Assembly: GCF_963921235.1 (NCBI RefSeq) | Contig: NC_086108.1 | Location: forward strand, 97,714,001-97,778,000 | Direction of reading: 5' to 3' | DNA length: 64,000 nucleotides | Source: Mobula hypostoma | Taxonomy: Eukaryota | Shown here: one piece after another, positions 50,915 through 63,279 of the stretch | Position numbering within the stretch: the first letter of the stretch is position 1 | Layout: each line of letters begins with the position of its first letter | Position numbers and translations under genes: made by a program | The notes under the pieces: generated by a model | The model's input: the letters and a program-made list of their open reading frames with translations, nothing else | Told to the model about the DNA's origin: nothing | The model's database searches: none

Positions 50915-51175
50915 TTGGTGGCACTGTAGCATAGCAGTGAGCAGAACACTATTGCAGAGCGAGCAAACCAGGTTCAGTACCCACTGCTTTCTCTAAGGAA
51001 CTTGTACATTCTCTCTGTAATGGTATGGGGTTCCTCCGGGTACTCCAGTTTCCTCCCACATTCCAAAGACATATCAGTTACTAGGGTTAATTGGTCACAT
51101 GGGCTTAATTGGACATTGCATGCTAATTGGCCAGAAGGGTCTGTTACCATGCTATATTTTAAAATAAAATAAATA
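50915..51175 (+). mobile_element. tRNA-derived V-SINE-like element within an old minus-strand CR1 (~50500-51520)
   Basis: A-box-like tagcatagcagtg, B-box-like ggttcagtaccc, ggggttcctccgggtactccagtttcctcccaca, (AAATA)n tail. Confidence 0.75.
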
Positions 51176-51585
51176 TTTTGAGACTATGGACCCTGTTTCC
51201 AGATACCCCAGCCATAAGAGTCAGTAATGCCACCTTTACCCTGCCGAGACCCCTAAAAAATTTCTGTATGTTTTAATGCGATCACCTTTCATTCTTCTAA
51301 GCTCAAGAGAGTATAGGCCCCCATCAGCTTAATTCTCTATAAGATAAAGCTAACATCACTGGAATCATTTCACCATCTTTATGGCAAGTGTATCCTACAG
51401 TTACGGCGACCAGACCTGTACACAATATTCTAGATGTGATCTCACCAGGATTCTAGTTAATGTGAGCAAGACATCTTTATTCAATTCTCTGGCAATAAAG
51501 GTCAGCATATCATTTGTCCTCACAACTGTTCCTTAAGCTCCATGTGTTATGTCTGCACAGGGCAAGAACAACAGAGCAATTTGAT

Positions 51586-52195
51586 TAGCAACACACACAA
51601 AGTGCTAGAGGAAATCAGCAGGCCAGGCAGCATCTATGAAAACGAGTAAACATTCAACATTATGGGCTGAGATCCTTCAGTAGGACTGGAAAGAAAGAGG
51701 AGAAATCAGAGCAAGACGGTAGGGGAAGGGAAGGAAAAAGTACAAGGTGGTAGGTGATAGGTGAACTGGAAGAGGGAGGTATTGAAGTGAAGAGTTGGGA
51801 AGTTGATTGGTGAAAGAGATTAAGGGCTGGAGAAGAGGAATCTGATAGAAGAGGACAGAAACCATATAAGAAAGGGAAGGGGGGAGATGATGGGCAGATA
51901 GGGAGATAAGGTGAGAGTGGGAAACAAGAATGGGGAAATGATGAAGGAGAGGAGGGGGCCAATTACCGGAAGTTTGAGAAATCGATGTTCATACCATCAG
52001 GTTGGAGGCTACCCAGATGGAATATAAGATGTTGCTCCTCCAACCTGAGTGTGGCCTCATCATGGCAGTAGAGGAGGCCACGGACTGACATGTCAGAATG
52101 GGAATGGGAAGTAGAATTCAAATGGGAGGCTATCGGGAAATCCTGCTGTTTGTGGAAGATGGCACATAGGTGCTCGACAAAGCAGTCTCCCAATC
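51586..52195 (-). mobile_element. Penelope-like 3' fragment
   Basis: Minus ORF LGDCFVEHLC...FPIASHLNS...RLEEQHLIFHLGSLQPDGMNIDFSNFR plus the terminal repeat. Confidence 0.9.
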
Positions 52196-53034
52196 GATGT
52201 CAGCTATTATGATTAAGCATTTTTACTGTGTCGTGTTAGTAATGGTACACTTACTGTGCAGGAATGGCAAACCAGTCCCACACAGACAAAATGCATGTGC
52301 GCTTAAAAGCCCGCACAAAAAGAGAGAGGGCCCTCTATGTGTAGGATGCCCAATTGGTCTGTTACAGTTCAGCATATTGGCTTTCAGTGATGCTTGTGTA
52401 AGTTCTGTGCTACCAACAAGTATTAACCTTAATACAAGTTGTACTGCTGCACACTGACTGGAGAATATTGCGCTACATTGGCCAGTGGTCAGATTCTAGC
52501 AAAAGCCAGTAGGAAGTGTGTTTGCCTCTTTGCCAGCATTAAAAAAGATTAAAGATGAAGTTTAAAGGATTGCACTATCATGAAAATTATAGTACAGCCG
52601 GCCTCTCCGCTTTTGAAGATCTGAGATCCGACAGCAGTTCAAACAATGAATAAGGAGGTATCTGAATATGGAAGTGTTCAGTGCTCAGGGATTATAAAAT
52701 CAATAAAATGGACACTTGCTTTTATTCCTCAATCACTGTGGCAACTCATGAATATGAATAGTTTTATCATAAATTATGTATAAAACCATAAGTTTAAAAT
52801 TCACAGCACTATTAGACACAGGAGCAGCAGACAGGAATGCCAATACAAAGGAGATAGGTGACAAGCAATCGGTGAGAATGGGCTATCAGATCTCACAACT
52901 CTGCTTTGGACAATCATTGCTTATCCATAATAGCAACCAATTGCATTGTTGGATGTAATTTTATGGCTGTAAAATGATGCTTATAATATTCATTTTCATA
53001 GCAAAATACCGAGGAAACAAAGGCAATGACTCCA

Positions 53035-53360
53035 AAAGACAGCATCCATTATTAAGGATCTCCATCATCTAAGACGTGCCCTTCTCCCATTGCTACCATC
53101 AGGGAGGAGGTACAGGAGCCTGAAGATACACACTCAACGATTCAGGAACAGCTTCTTCTTCACCATCAGATTTCTGAATGGACAATGAACCCATGAGCAC
53201 TTCCTCAATATTTTCCCTCTCTTTTTATTTATTTTATTTATACTTCTTATGTAATTTATAGTTTTTAATTTTATGTATTACAAAGTACTGCTGCAGCAAA
53301 GCAACACATTTCGTGACATATGCCAGTGATATCAAAATTGATTCTGATATTGATATTGAT
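53035..53360 (+). mobile_element. Rex1-like 3' fragment
   Basis: ttgctaccatcagggaggaggtacaggagcctgaag...ttcaggaacagcttctt; (ATATTG)n tail. Confidence 0.85.
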
Positions 53361-53439
53361 ATGTGGTCACATGATGTAAAATGATGATTTCACATTTTAC
53401 ATGATAAATATATAAGCTCTGTTTTATGTTATACTCAGA

Positions 53440-53990
53440 TTATAGAACATGGAACTGTATATCCTTCAGCCCATGCTGTTATGCCAACCTTTAAACCTAC
53501 TCTAAGATCAATCTACCCCTTCCTTCCTACTTACTGTAGCTCTCCATTTTTACTATCATCCATGTGCCTGTCTAAATGTTTCTTCAATGCCCCTAATGTA
53601 TCTGCATCTACCACTATTCTCAGCAGTGTATTCCATGCACTCACCACTCTCAATGCGGAGAACTTAACGCTGACATCCTCCCCATACTTACTCCAATCAC
53701 CTTAAAATGATGTCCCCTCATACTAGCTATTTCAGTCAGGAAAAAGTCTCTGGCTGTCCATTCTATCTACACATATTTTCATCTTGTACACCTCTATCAA
53801 GTCACCTTTTGTCCTCCTTCATTCCAAAGATAAAATCCTTCTCTATCATGTTACCTCTCAAGACCTAGCTCACTTAAACTATCCTCATAAGACATGCTCT
53901 CTAATCCACACAGCATCCTGGTAATCTCCTCTGCACTTTCTCTAAAACTTCCACATCCTTCCTATAATGATTCGGCCAGAACTGAACACA
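53440..53990 (-). mobile_element. CR1 3' fragment, degenerate
   Basis: Reverse complement of CR1 C-terminus and 3'UTR. Confidence 0.8.
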
Positions 53991-54177
53991 GTTGTGATAT
54001 TCTGATTACAGTAGATGCCATGAGTGCTTAAGGAGGAATGCGACAATACATATTTCATTAAACTGTGAAGATTCTGACCCTATCATGATGTGATTTATCT
54101 GGCGAGGATTTCAGAATAAAGTAGTGTGTTGGTTCACAGAGAATCTACAACCAGAGTATATCTGAGGTTGCAATTAT

Positions 54178-55962
54178 GCACTCAGTGGCCACTCCTTTTC
54201 AGAAATGTTCTACTGCACATCACTGTTGTAACGTGTGGTTGTTTGAAATTACTGTTGCCTTGCTGTCTGCCTGAACCAGTCTGGCCATTCTCCACTGGTC
54301 TCTCCCATTCACAAGGTATTTTTGCCTATAGAACCGCCACACATTGGATTTATTTTCGCTTTTTGTACCATTCTTTGTAAACTCTAGAGACTATTATGCA
54401 ATTTCACAGCTCAGTGGCCAGCTTGGGTTTGAGGTAAGTGAGCTTCTTGTTCAGTGAACCGTGAGTCAAATTGAATCAATGTTGGAGGGATTTGGTCAGG
54501 GAGAGTGAGAGGATCCAGTTTCTCGAGTGGTGATAATCCAGAAACGAAGGGCAGATCCTGGCCCTGTCTTTGTGTCCCCTTTGATGAGTTGGGGGTAAGA
54601 TATTGATGTGGATAGAGAATTGGTTGGCAGACAGGAAGCAAAGAGTGGGAATAAACGGGACCTTTTCAGAATGGCAGGTGGTGACTAGTGGGGTACCGCA
54701 AGGCTCAGTGCTGGGACCCCAGTTGTTTACAATATATATTAATGACTTGGATGAGGGAATTAAATGCAGCATCTCCAAGTTTGTGGATGACACGAAGCTG
54801 GGTGGCAGTGTTAGCTGTGAGGAGGATGCTAAGAGGATGCAGAGTGACTTGGATAGGTTGGGTGAGTGGGCAAATTCATGGCAGATGCAATTTAATGTGG
54901 ATAAATGTGAAGTTATCCACTTAGGTGGCAAAAATAGGAAAACAGATTATTATCTGAATGGTGGCCGATTAGGAAAAGGGGAGGTGCAACGAGACCTGGG
55001 TGTCATTATACACCAGTCATTGAAAGTGGGCATGCAGGTACAGCAGGCGGTGAAAAAGGCAAATGGTATGCTGGCATTTATAGCAAGAGAATTCGAGTAC
55101 AGGAGCAGGGAGGTACTACTGCAGTTGTACAAGGCCTTGGTGAGACCACACCTGGAGTATTGTGTGCAGTTTTGGTCCCCTAATCTGAGGAAAGACATCT
55201 TTGCCATAGAGGGACTACAAAGAAGGTTCACCAGATTGATTCCTGAGATGGCAGGACTTTCATATGAAGAAAGACTGGATGAACTGGGCTTGTACTCGTT
55301 GGAATTTAGAAGATTGAGGGGGGATCTGATTGAAACGTATAAACTCCTAAAGGGATTGGACAGGCTAGATGCAGGAAGATTGTTCCCGATGTTGGGGAAG
55401 TCCAGAACAAGGGGTCACAGGTTTGAGGATAAAGGGGAAGCCTTTTAGGACTGAGATTAGGAAAAACTTCTTCACACAGAGTATGGTGAATCTGTGGAAT
55501 TCTCTGCCACAGGAAACAGTTGAGGCCAGTTCATTGGCTATATTTAAGAGGGAGTTAGATATGGCCCTTGTGGCTACGGGGATCAGGGGGTATGGAGGGA
55601 AGGCTGGGGCGGGGTTCTGAGTTGGATGATCAGCCATGATCATAATAAATGGCGGTGCAGGCTCGAAGGGCCGAATGGCCTACTCCTGCACCTATTTTCT
55701 ATGTTTCTATGTTTCCATTAAGTGTGAAAGTCCCAGAAGATCAGCAGCTTCTGTAATATTCAAGCCACCTGCCTCTCGCACCAACAGTCATTCCAGATCA
55801 CATTTCTTCCCCATTCAATGCTTGGTCGAACAACAACTGAACCTCTTGACCATGTCTGCATGCTTTTATGCATTGAGTTGCTGCCACGTGATTGGCTGAT
55901 TAGATATTTGCATTAATGAGAAGGTGTACAGGTGTATCTGAAAAAGTGCACACTGACTGTAT
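54178..55962 (-). mobile_element. Internally deleted Tc1-like element interrupted by CR1
   Basis: TIRs cactcagtggccact / agtgcacactgactgta. Body is the reverse complement of 57656-58179. Confidence 0.85.
54589..55716 (+). mobile_element. Young CR1, RT C-terminal half to 3' tail
   Basis: 281-aa ORF 54603-55448 (SGVPQGSVLGP, KFVDDTKL, RPHLEYCVQFWSP). (TTTCTATG)n tail. Confidence 0.97.
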
Positions 55963-56204
55963 AAAGTAGTTGGAACAAGGAGGCCAATGAGCAGTGAGGC
56001 TGTACAGCAGGGTTCTACATCTTGGTCATCTCAAGCTGGCGAAGATGGTAGAGCACGACAAGCCAAGAAATAGGTAGGATCCACCTCAAGGAGTTGTGCC
56101 ATCTCTCTCTCTTGCTTCTTCCCCATTTCTTGTGGTCATTTAGCCAGGTGGATTTCCTTGAACCGTGGAGCTGTTCCAGCACACTTCTTGTTCAGCAATC
56201 CAAG

Positions 56205-56600
56205 TGTAAGGGGTTTCTTTTTTTTATGTCACTGTGTAGTCTAATTAAAATGGCTTCTTTGTTATGTTATAATTGAAAGGGTTTCTTTGTTATGTTAACT
56301 GCTGAGAAAGTCCTTCCCGCTAGCAGTTTGTTTGAATCACATTACTGATAAGAAGATGTTATGAACCAATTGCAACAGTTGTTATGTTTTTGGTGTACCT
56401 GTAAGATATTGTATGCACGGGGTTTTGGGGCAGAAGGCGGGAGAGAGAGACAGAGGATGGACCGGGTGCTGTGAGTCCGCTAACAGGGTCGGACCCCGAG
56501 TGGGGCGTTCGGCGAGGAGAGGAGACGGAGACGGACTTGTGTGGCGCGTCTGGTCTACCACTGTTGTTGGTCCCAGGCGGCCGGTCGAGGTGGTCCAAGG
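56205..56600 (+). mobile_element. Probable LTR fragment (truncated)
   Basis: Starts TGTAAGGGG; AT-rich U3-like part with internal repeats, then a CpG-rich part. No 3' CA end found. Confidence 0.5.
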
Positions 56601-56677
56601 TAATCACACCCTACTCTCAGAGCAACAGCGACCGAGCTAACATGACCAGTCATAACTCATTCTGAGTGATAATTGGT

Positions 56678-56775
56678 GCAACAAACACAAAATGCTGAAT
56701 AAACTCAGCAGGCCAGGCAGCATCTATGGAAAAAAAAGCGCAGTCAACGTTTTGGGCCAAAACCCTTCAGTAGGA
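56678..56775 (-). mobile_element. Single-arm PLE mini-insertion (98 bp)
   Basis: 16-bp TSD ctgagtgataattggt (56662-56677, 56776-56791). Ends at a decayed hammerhead motif. Confidence 0.9.
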
Positions 56776-57655
56776 CTGAGTGATAATTGGTTTATTTTTG
56801 TCACGTGTTCAGAGATATAGAGGAAGGTTTTTGTTTGGCTATCATCCAGTCAAAAGGTTTTGTGCATAAGTACATTGAGATTGTACAAAATGGAGAAAAA
56901 CAAAATGCAGAATATAGCGTCACAGCTACAGAGGAAGTGCAAACCCCACAATGAGGTAGACTGAGAGATCAAGAGTCTATCTTTACCACACAAAAGGTTC
57001 ATTCAAGAGTCTTATAACATCAGTACAGAAGCTAACTTTGAGCCTGGTGGGTATTAGCAGTAGCATTATCGTGCACACAAGAGATTCTGCAGATGCTGAA
57101 AATGGAAGCCTGGAGTTGCAAGTCCACTGGCGAACTCAGACTGAAATGTCTGCAAATCAAAGAGTCCGCTACACGCTGAAGATGGCCTGTCCTGGGGATG
57201 AAGAACTCGGTGGGAGGGACGAACGGGACTTGTTTTTGCTGTTGTTGCTTATTGTATTCTGTTTTGTTCTGTCCAACATTGTGGACATGCTATGTTGACG
57301 TTGGAATGTGTGGTGACACTTGCCCACAGCACATCCTTACGTTGTGTTGGTTGTTAATGCACATGTTGCATTTCATTGTCTGTTTCAATGTACGTGTGAT
57401 AAATCAATGAATTCGAATCTGAACCTTGAGCAAGAGGCATAGAATGCTGGAGGATCTCAGTGGGTCAGGAAACATCTAGGGAGGGGAATAAACAGTCAAC
57501 AGTGTTATTTGTGCTTGGGATTTGAGCATGACAGGAAGGTCCACTGTCCATTAATGTCCTGATGAGAATTGATGATGAACCACTTGCTTCAGTTGATTGC
57601 TACGGAAGGGAGCTTCCAGATTTTGAACCACCTTTGGCATAATAATCATGAATTT

Positions 57656-58179
57656 ATACTCTGTGACCCACTTTATCAGGTACACCTGCACACCTGCTCG
57701 TTAATGCAAATATCTAATCAGCCAATCACGTGGCAGCTGTTCTATGCATAAAAGCATGCAGACATAGTCAAGAGGTTCAGTTATTGTTCAGACCAAACAC
57801 TGGAATTGGGAAGAAATTTGATCTAGGTGATTTTGACTGTGGAATGATCGTTGGTGCCAGAGAGGGTGGTTTGAGTATCTCGGAAACTCCTGATCTCCCA
57901 GGATTTTCACAGGCAACAGTCTCTAGAGTTTACAGAGAATGGTGTGAGAAATGAACAGCAGGTCTGTGGGCAAAAATGCCTTGTTAATGAGAGATATCGG
58001 AGGAGAATGGCCAGACTGGTCCAAGCCGACAGGAAGGTGAGAGTAACTCAAGTAACACCAGCAGTGTGCAGAAGAGCACCTCTAAACACCCAACACATTG
58101 AACTTGAAGTGGATAGGCTACAGCAGCAGAGACCAGCTGGGTTCCACTCGTGTACAGAATAAAATGGCCACTAAGTGTA
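57656..58179 (+). mobile_element. Internally deleted Tc1-like transposon (N-terminal HTH remnant)
   Basis: GKKFDLGDFDCGMIVGAREGGLSISET...FSQATVSRVYREW; RRMARLVQADRK. TIRs tactctgtgacccactttat / ataaaatggccactaagtgta. Confidence 0.9.
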
Positions 58180-58924
58180 TTCCCAAGCCAGATGTGTGCG
58201 ATTTGGAGGACAGCTTTAAATCAGTGGTATTCCCTTGTACTGACTGGAGCAGGTTGTGGGAATAGCGAATGCAATCCAAGACCTGTGGAGTAATTACCTT
58301 GCAGCTTATAGATGATGTGCACCATTGCGATGGTAGGCACTTGTAGTGGAGGGTGAGGTATCCATGGCAATGAATATGATGCCAATCAAATGAATCCCTT
58401 TGTTCTGGTGCTGACCCTGCTGAGTGTTATTGGAACTGTATTTCTTAGGCAACTGCGATGATTCTATCACACTCATGACTCATGCCTTGTAGATGGTGGG
58501 AAGAGGTTGGAAAGTCAGCAATTGAGTCATTCAGCTTCTTCTTGTTGCCATAATCCTATGGTGCCAGATCCATTTAAGTTCCTCAGTAATATTAACTCCA
58601 GAATATTGATGGTTGACAAGATTTGTCAGTGCCAGATACTGTGGTTGAGCCTTCTCTTACTGGCAGCAATCTTTCCAGTGTTCCTGAGAGTCACAAGTGT
58701 TACAGGTTACATAGCAGCCAAACCAAAATGTAATCTTGGTCTTGCTACACGCAGATATGGGTTGCTGAGGAACTGGAAATGGAACTAGGTGATAGTTAGT
58801 TATCAAGAAGCACCCACAATTGATATCAATGAAGATGAGGAAGTCTGTTGTTCAGTCAGGCCTCTCAGGCCTGAGTCATCGTTATGAACGCATGGAGCGA
58901 TGACAAGAATGGATAAAGAAGGAG

Positions 58925-59058
58925 ACCTGCCAAAGGGTTTCGGCCCGAAACATCAACTGTACTTTTTTCCATAGATGCTGCCTGGCTTGCTAAGTTCCTC
59001 CAGCATTTTGTGTGTGTTGCTCAGATTTTCAGCATCTGCCGATTTTCTCTTGTTTGTG
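58925..59058 (+). mobile_element. Single-arm PLE mini-insertion
   Basis: Decayed hammerhead (cctgccaaagggtttcggcccgaaacatcaact) plus PLE terminus. Flanking 12-bp repeat acaagaatggat (58903-58914, 59061-59072). Confidence 0.8.
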
Positions 59059-59249
59059 GAACAAGAATGGATTATTGGGTGTAAACACTTCTACTGTAAA
59101 CTTGAGCATTCAAAAGTCTGTACAAAAAAGAAGGGGCCTTCCATCTGTAGGAGGCCCAACTAATTCACTGGGCGATCATTCAGCCATATGTACACTTGCT
59201 ACAACTCTCCATTGACCTGATACTTATGAACACTGTCTTGAAGACCTTC

Positions 59250-60348
59250 TTGATGACACAAAGGTTGGGGGTGTTGTGGATAGTGTGGAGGGCTGTCAGA
59301 GGTTACAGCAGGACATCAATAGGATGCAAAACTGGACTGAGAAGTGGCAAATGGAGTTCAACCCAGATAAGTGTGAGGTGGTTCATTGGAGGAACGTTGT
59401 TTCATTTTTACTGTGTACTGTACCAGCAGTTATGGTTGAAATGACAATAAAAGCAACTTGACTTGTTTTGGTAGGTCAAATATGATGGCAGAATATAGTA
59501 TTAATGGTAAGACTCTTAGCAGTGTGGAGGATCAGAGGGATCTTGGGGTCCGAGTCCAAAGGGCACTCAAAGCTGCTGCGCAGGTTGACTGTGTGATTAA
59601 GAAGGCATATGATGTATTGGCCTTCATCAACCATGGGATTTAGTTCAAGAGCTGAGAGGTAATGTTGCAGCTACATAAGACCCTGCTCAGACCCCACTTG
59701 GAGTACTGTGCCCGGTTCTGGTCACCTCACTACAGGAAGGACGTGGAAACTATAGAAAGAGTGAAAAGGAGATGTATAAGGATGTTGCCTGGATTGGGGA
59801 GCATGCCTTATGAGAATAAGTTGACTGAACTTGGCCTTTTCTCCTTGGAGTGACGGAGGATAAGAGGTGACCTGATAGAGGTGTATAAGATGATTAGAGG
59901 CATTGATCATATGGATAGTCAGAGGCTTTTTCTCAGGGCTGAAATGGCTAACACGAGAGGGTACAGTTTTAGAGTCCTGACGAAGGGTTCCGGCCCGAAA
60001 CTTCGACTGATCTTTTCCACGGATGCTGCCCGACCTGCTGAGTTCCTCCAGCATGTTGTGAGTGTTGCTTTGACCCCAGCATCTGCAGATTATTTTGTGT
60101 TTACAGTTTTAGAGTGCTTGGAAGTAGGTACAGAGGAGATGTCAGGGGTAAGTTTTTTACACAGAGTGGTGAGTGCATGGAATGGGCTGCTGGCGACGGT
60201 GGTGGAGGTGGATACAATAGGGTCTTTTAAAAGACTCTTGGATAGGCTAATGGAGCTTAGAAAAACAGAGGGCTATAGGTAACCCTAGGTAATTTCTAAA
60301 GTAAGTACATGCTTGACACAGCATTGTAGGTTTTCTATGTTTCTATGT
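59250..60348 (+). mobile_element. CR1 RT-to-3' fragment with nested Rex tail (~59388-59465) and PLE mini-element
   Basis: DDTKVGG, EKWQMEFNPDKCEV, RPHLEYCARFWSP; (TTCTATG) tail. Confidence 0.92.
59976..60101 (+). mobile_element. Single-arm PLE mini-insertion starting at the hammerhead core
   Basis: 14-bp TSD tacagttttagagt (59962-59975, 60102-60115). ctgacga-agggttccggccc-gaaac-ttc-gact. Confidence 0.92.
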
Positions 60349-60396
60349 AAGCAGTATTCTGGGGACCTCAAAAATAATTGCAACACACTTTCGCTG

Positions 60397-60612
60397 TAAC
60401 ACACAAAATGTTGGAGGAACTCAGCAGGTCAGGCAGCTTCCACAGTTGATGTTTCGAGCCAAGGCCCTTCCTTCTCAGTCCTGAAGAAGAGTCTCGGCCC
60501 GAAACGTCAACTGTTTGTTCATTTCCACGGAAGATTGCTTGATCTGCTGAGTTCCTTCAGCATTCTGTGTGTGTTGCTTTGCATTTCCAGCACTGCAAAA
60601 TATCTCCTGTTG
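60397..60612. mobile_element. PLE-derived fold-back mini-element with hammerhead motif at 60477-60512
   Basis: Inverted arms; agtc-ctgaaga-agagtctcggccc-gaaac-gtc-aact; imperfect flanking repeat cttt..ctgtaaca. Confidence 0.82.
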
Positions 60613-61269
60613 ACCTCTTTATCTGTAACAGGTAAAACTGGAGCGTTTTCCTGAATACCACTGACATCAGTTTTACTGGGACTCATTGTAACTGGCCTCA
60701 TTCGAATAGTGCCTCTATGTCAAGAGCGCCCATTCTCCCCTTTGGATCTCAGGTCTTTTGCCTGCATTGGAGAGGATGTAACCCCGTTGGCCTGAACAGG
60801 TCCAAATTTTACATTGGAGAGCAGATTATTAATGAATGAATGCTGCCTGATATGACTGATGGCAGCCCCTTCCTTCACTTTCTGCTGATTGAGGTCAGAA
60901 TCAGAATCTGAATTGGAATTGGAATCGGAATCGAATCAGGGAGTGATTTGATTCATTTGATCCAGCTTTTCTGAACTGATCATGGCTGGTGTATTTTCCA
61001 GTTTGTCGAGTAACTGCTAGTTTTTAGCTGCATTGGAATGGCGGAGCTAAAGAAGCTATTTCTGGAGCCTGCCCTCAGCTTTAAGCCAGAGATGCTGCTG
61101 TGGCCCAGTGGCTTTGCTGTAACTAGTAGTGCGCTCATCCATTTCCTGTTATCACTTGGAGTGAATCAAATTGGCTAAAAAGCAGTAACTGCGATGCCTG
61201 TGACCTCAGAAGGAAACTGAGGTGAATCATCCACTTGGCATTTCTGGCAGAAGATAGTTACAACCAATT

Positions 61270-62360
61270 CATAGAAACATTTAAATAAAAACAGCAATAG
61301 CAGTAGGCCGTTTGATCTGGCTACACCATTCAGTATGAACACAGTTGATCCAAGTGTCCAGCTATCTTGATACCATACTCTCACTCTCTTCTCTCTACCC
61401 TTGATGCCATTATGCATGGAAATTCACCCCTCTTCCTCTTAAGGATGTTCAGCAACTTGGCCCCCACAGCCTTCTCGGAATGAGAATTCTATAGGTCCAA
61501 ACACACTGAGAAAGAAAACTTCTTCTCATAGTCATAGAGTCTTAGAACAATTCAGCACAGAATCAAGCCCTTTGGCCATTAGTCCATGCCAGACTATTAT
61601 TCTGCCTAGTTCCATTGACCTGCACCTGGACCATAGCCTTCTATATCCTTCCCATCCATCCAAATCTCTCTTAAATGTTGAAATCGAACCTGCATCCATC
61701 ACTTCCACTGGCCGTTTGTTTCACACTCTCCGCCGTCCTCTGAGTGAAGGTTCTACCTCATGTTCCCCTTGAACATTTCACCTTTCTCCCTTAACCCATG
61801 ACCTCTAGTTGTAGTCTCAACCAACCACAGAGGAAAAAAATCCTGCTGGCATTTACCCCATCTGTACCCCTCATAATTCTGTACACCTCTTTGAAATCGC
61901 CCCTCATTCTCCTATGCTCTGGGAAAACAGCAGTAGGCCTCTTGATCTGGCTCCATCTTTCAGTATGAGCACAGTTGATCCAAATGTCCAACTTTCTTGA
62001 TATCATCTTTTCTCTCTCTCTCTCTCTCCTCTCACCTCTTGATGTCTTGTGTCTGAAGATTCACCCCTTTCCTTCTGGGATGCTCAGCGACTTGGCTTCC
62101 CCCGCCTTCCCTGAATGAGAACTCCACAGGTCCACACTCTCTGAGTGATAAAGTTTCTCCTCATCCCAGGCAGAAAAGCCTTTCAGCTGAACATGTGATC
62201 CCTTGTTCTGGAAATTCCAGAGGGAAACATCCAGCCCATGTTGGTTTCAGTTGGATTCCCCCCCTCATTCTTCTAAACCCCAGTTCTAAGCCTAATCGAC
62301 CTAACCTCTCCTCATCTGACAGTCCCACAATCCCAGGAATCAGTCTGGAAAACCCAGCTT
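61270..62360 (-). mobile_element. Old CR1 3' fragment with nested CR1 (61530-61927)
   Basis: Minus ORFs RLIPGIVGLSDEERLGRLGLE and EHRRMRGDFKEVYRIMRG. Confidence 0.85.
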
Positions 62361-62699
62361 TACCCTTAGTTCCAATTGGCATTGAGGATGGTGGTGCCTT
62401 CACAGCCCCTTCCTCCATTGAGTTTCATGGGTCACCACCATTCACTCCTTGCCGGGACTGCAGGCTTCTGGTTTGATCATTAGTTATGAAATAGTTCAGA
62501 TTGTTAGGAAAAAGTTATTTTCAGTTACTTGACATGTATTGTAGCTTCATGGCCTCGGTTAGGAATGTGATGTTTTTCCATGCTTTTCAGCCCACCCCAG
62601 AGGACCAGGGTTGGGTGGGGGATATGCCAGTCCAAGAGTGGCGCGATACATTTCTATTGCTGCCAATGCCCATAGCTGTATGGATGCAAGTTTGGAACT

Positions 62700-63160
62700 T
62701 CTACACATATTCTTTAGGTATAGAGCCATAGAGTTAACACAGCTCAGAAGAAACCCCACACTGCATGATAGAGGGCTTCCTGCATGTGAAGGTGGGACGT
62801 TGATCCCACCAGAGTCTTCCTTGTGGAGCCATAAGAAAAACAGTTGCAGTACTTCCCCCAAGCCATCAGGCCGATCAATACCTCCACCCATTAACCCAAC
62901 CACCATGCCCACCACCAGTACATCCACATCAGTCACTCCTCTCCACAGGCCCCTGCACCCTCATTCACTGTCCCCCCCCCCCACCGCCATGCACTGCCAC
63001 TTTACACTTACATTCCACGCCCCATACCTGCACTGACACAGTCACTGCCGTACTGTGCTTTCAACTGCCCTGCCGCTACAAATGATCCTCTTGCTAAGAG
63101 TCGATTTGTCACCTTATCACTTCCTGTCAGAGTCACCTATGCACAGATACCTAGTGATGC
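62700..63160 (+). mobile_element. Decayed Rex1-like 3' end
   Basis: agtacttccccc aagccatcaggccgatcaatacctccaccc, similar to 45955-46080. Confidence 0.55.
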
Positions 63161-63279
63161 CCAGTGACTACTTATTGGTAGCAAAAACCCAAAACAAAGA
63201 AAACTACTAAATACCGTATTAATAACACTTTATTAGTAATGATCAATGCTAACAATGGAGAGGTGAGTGGTGGTGCTGG

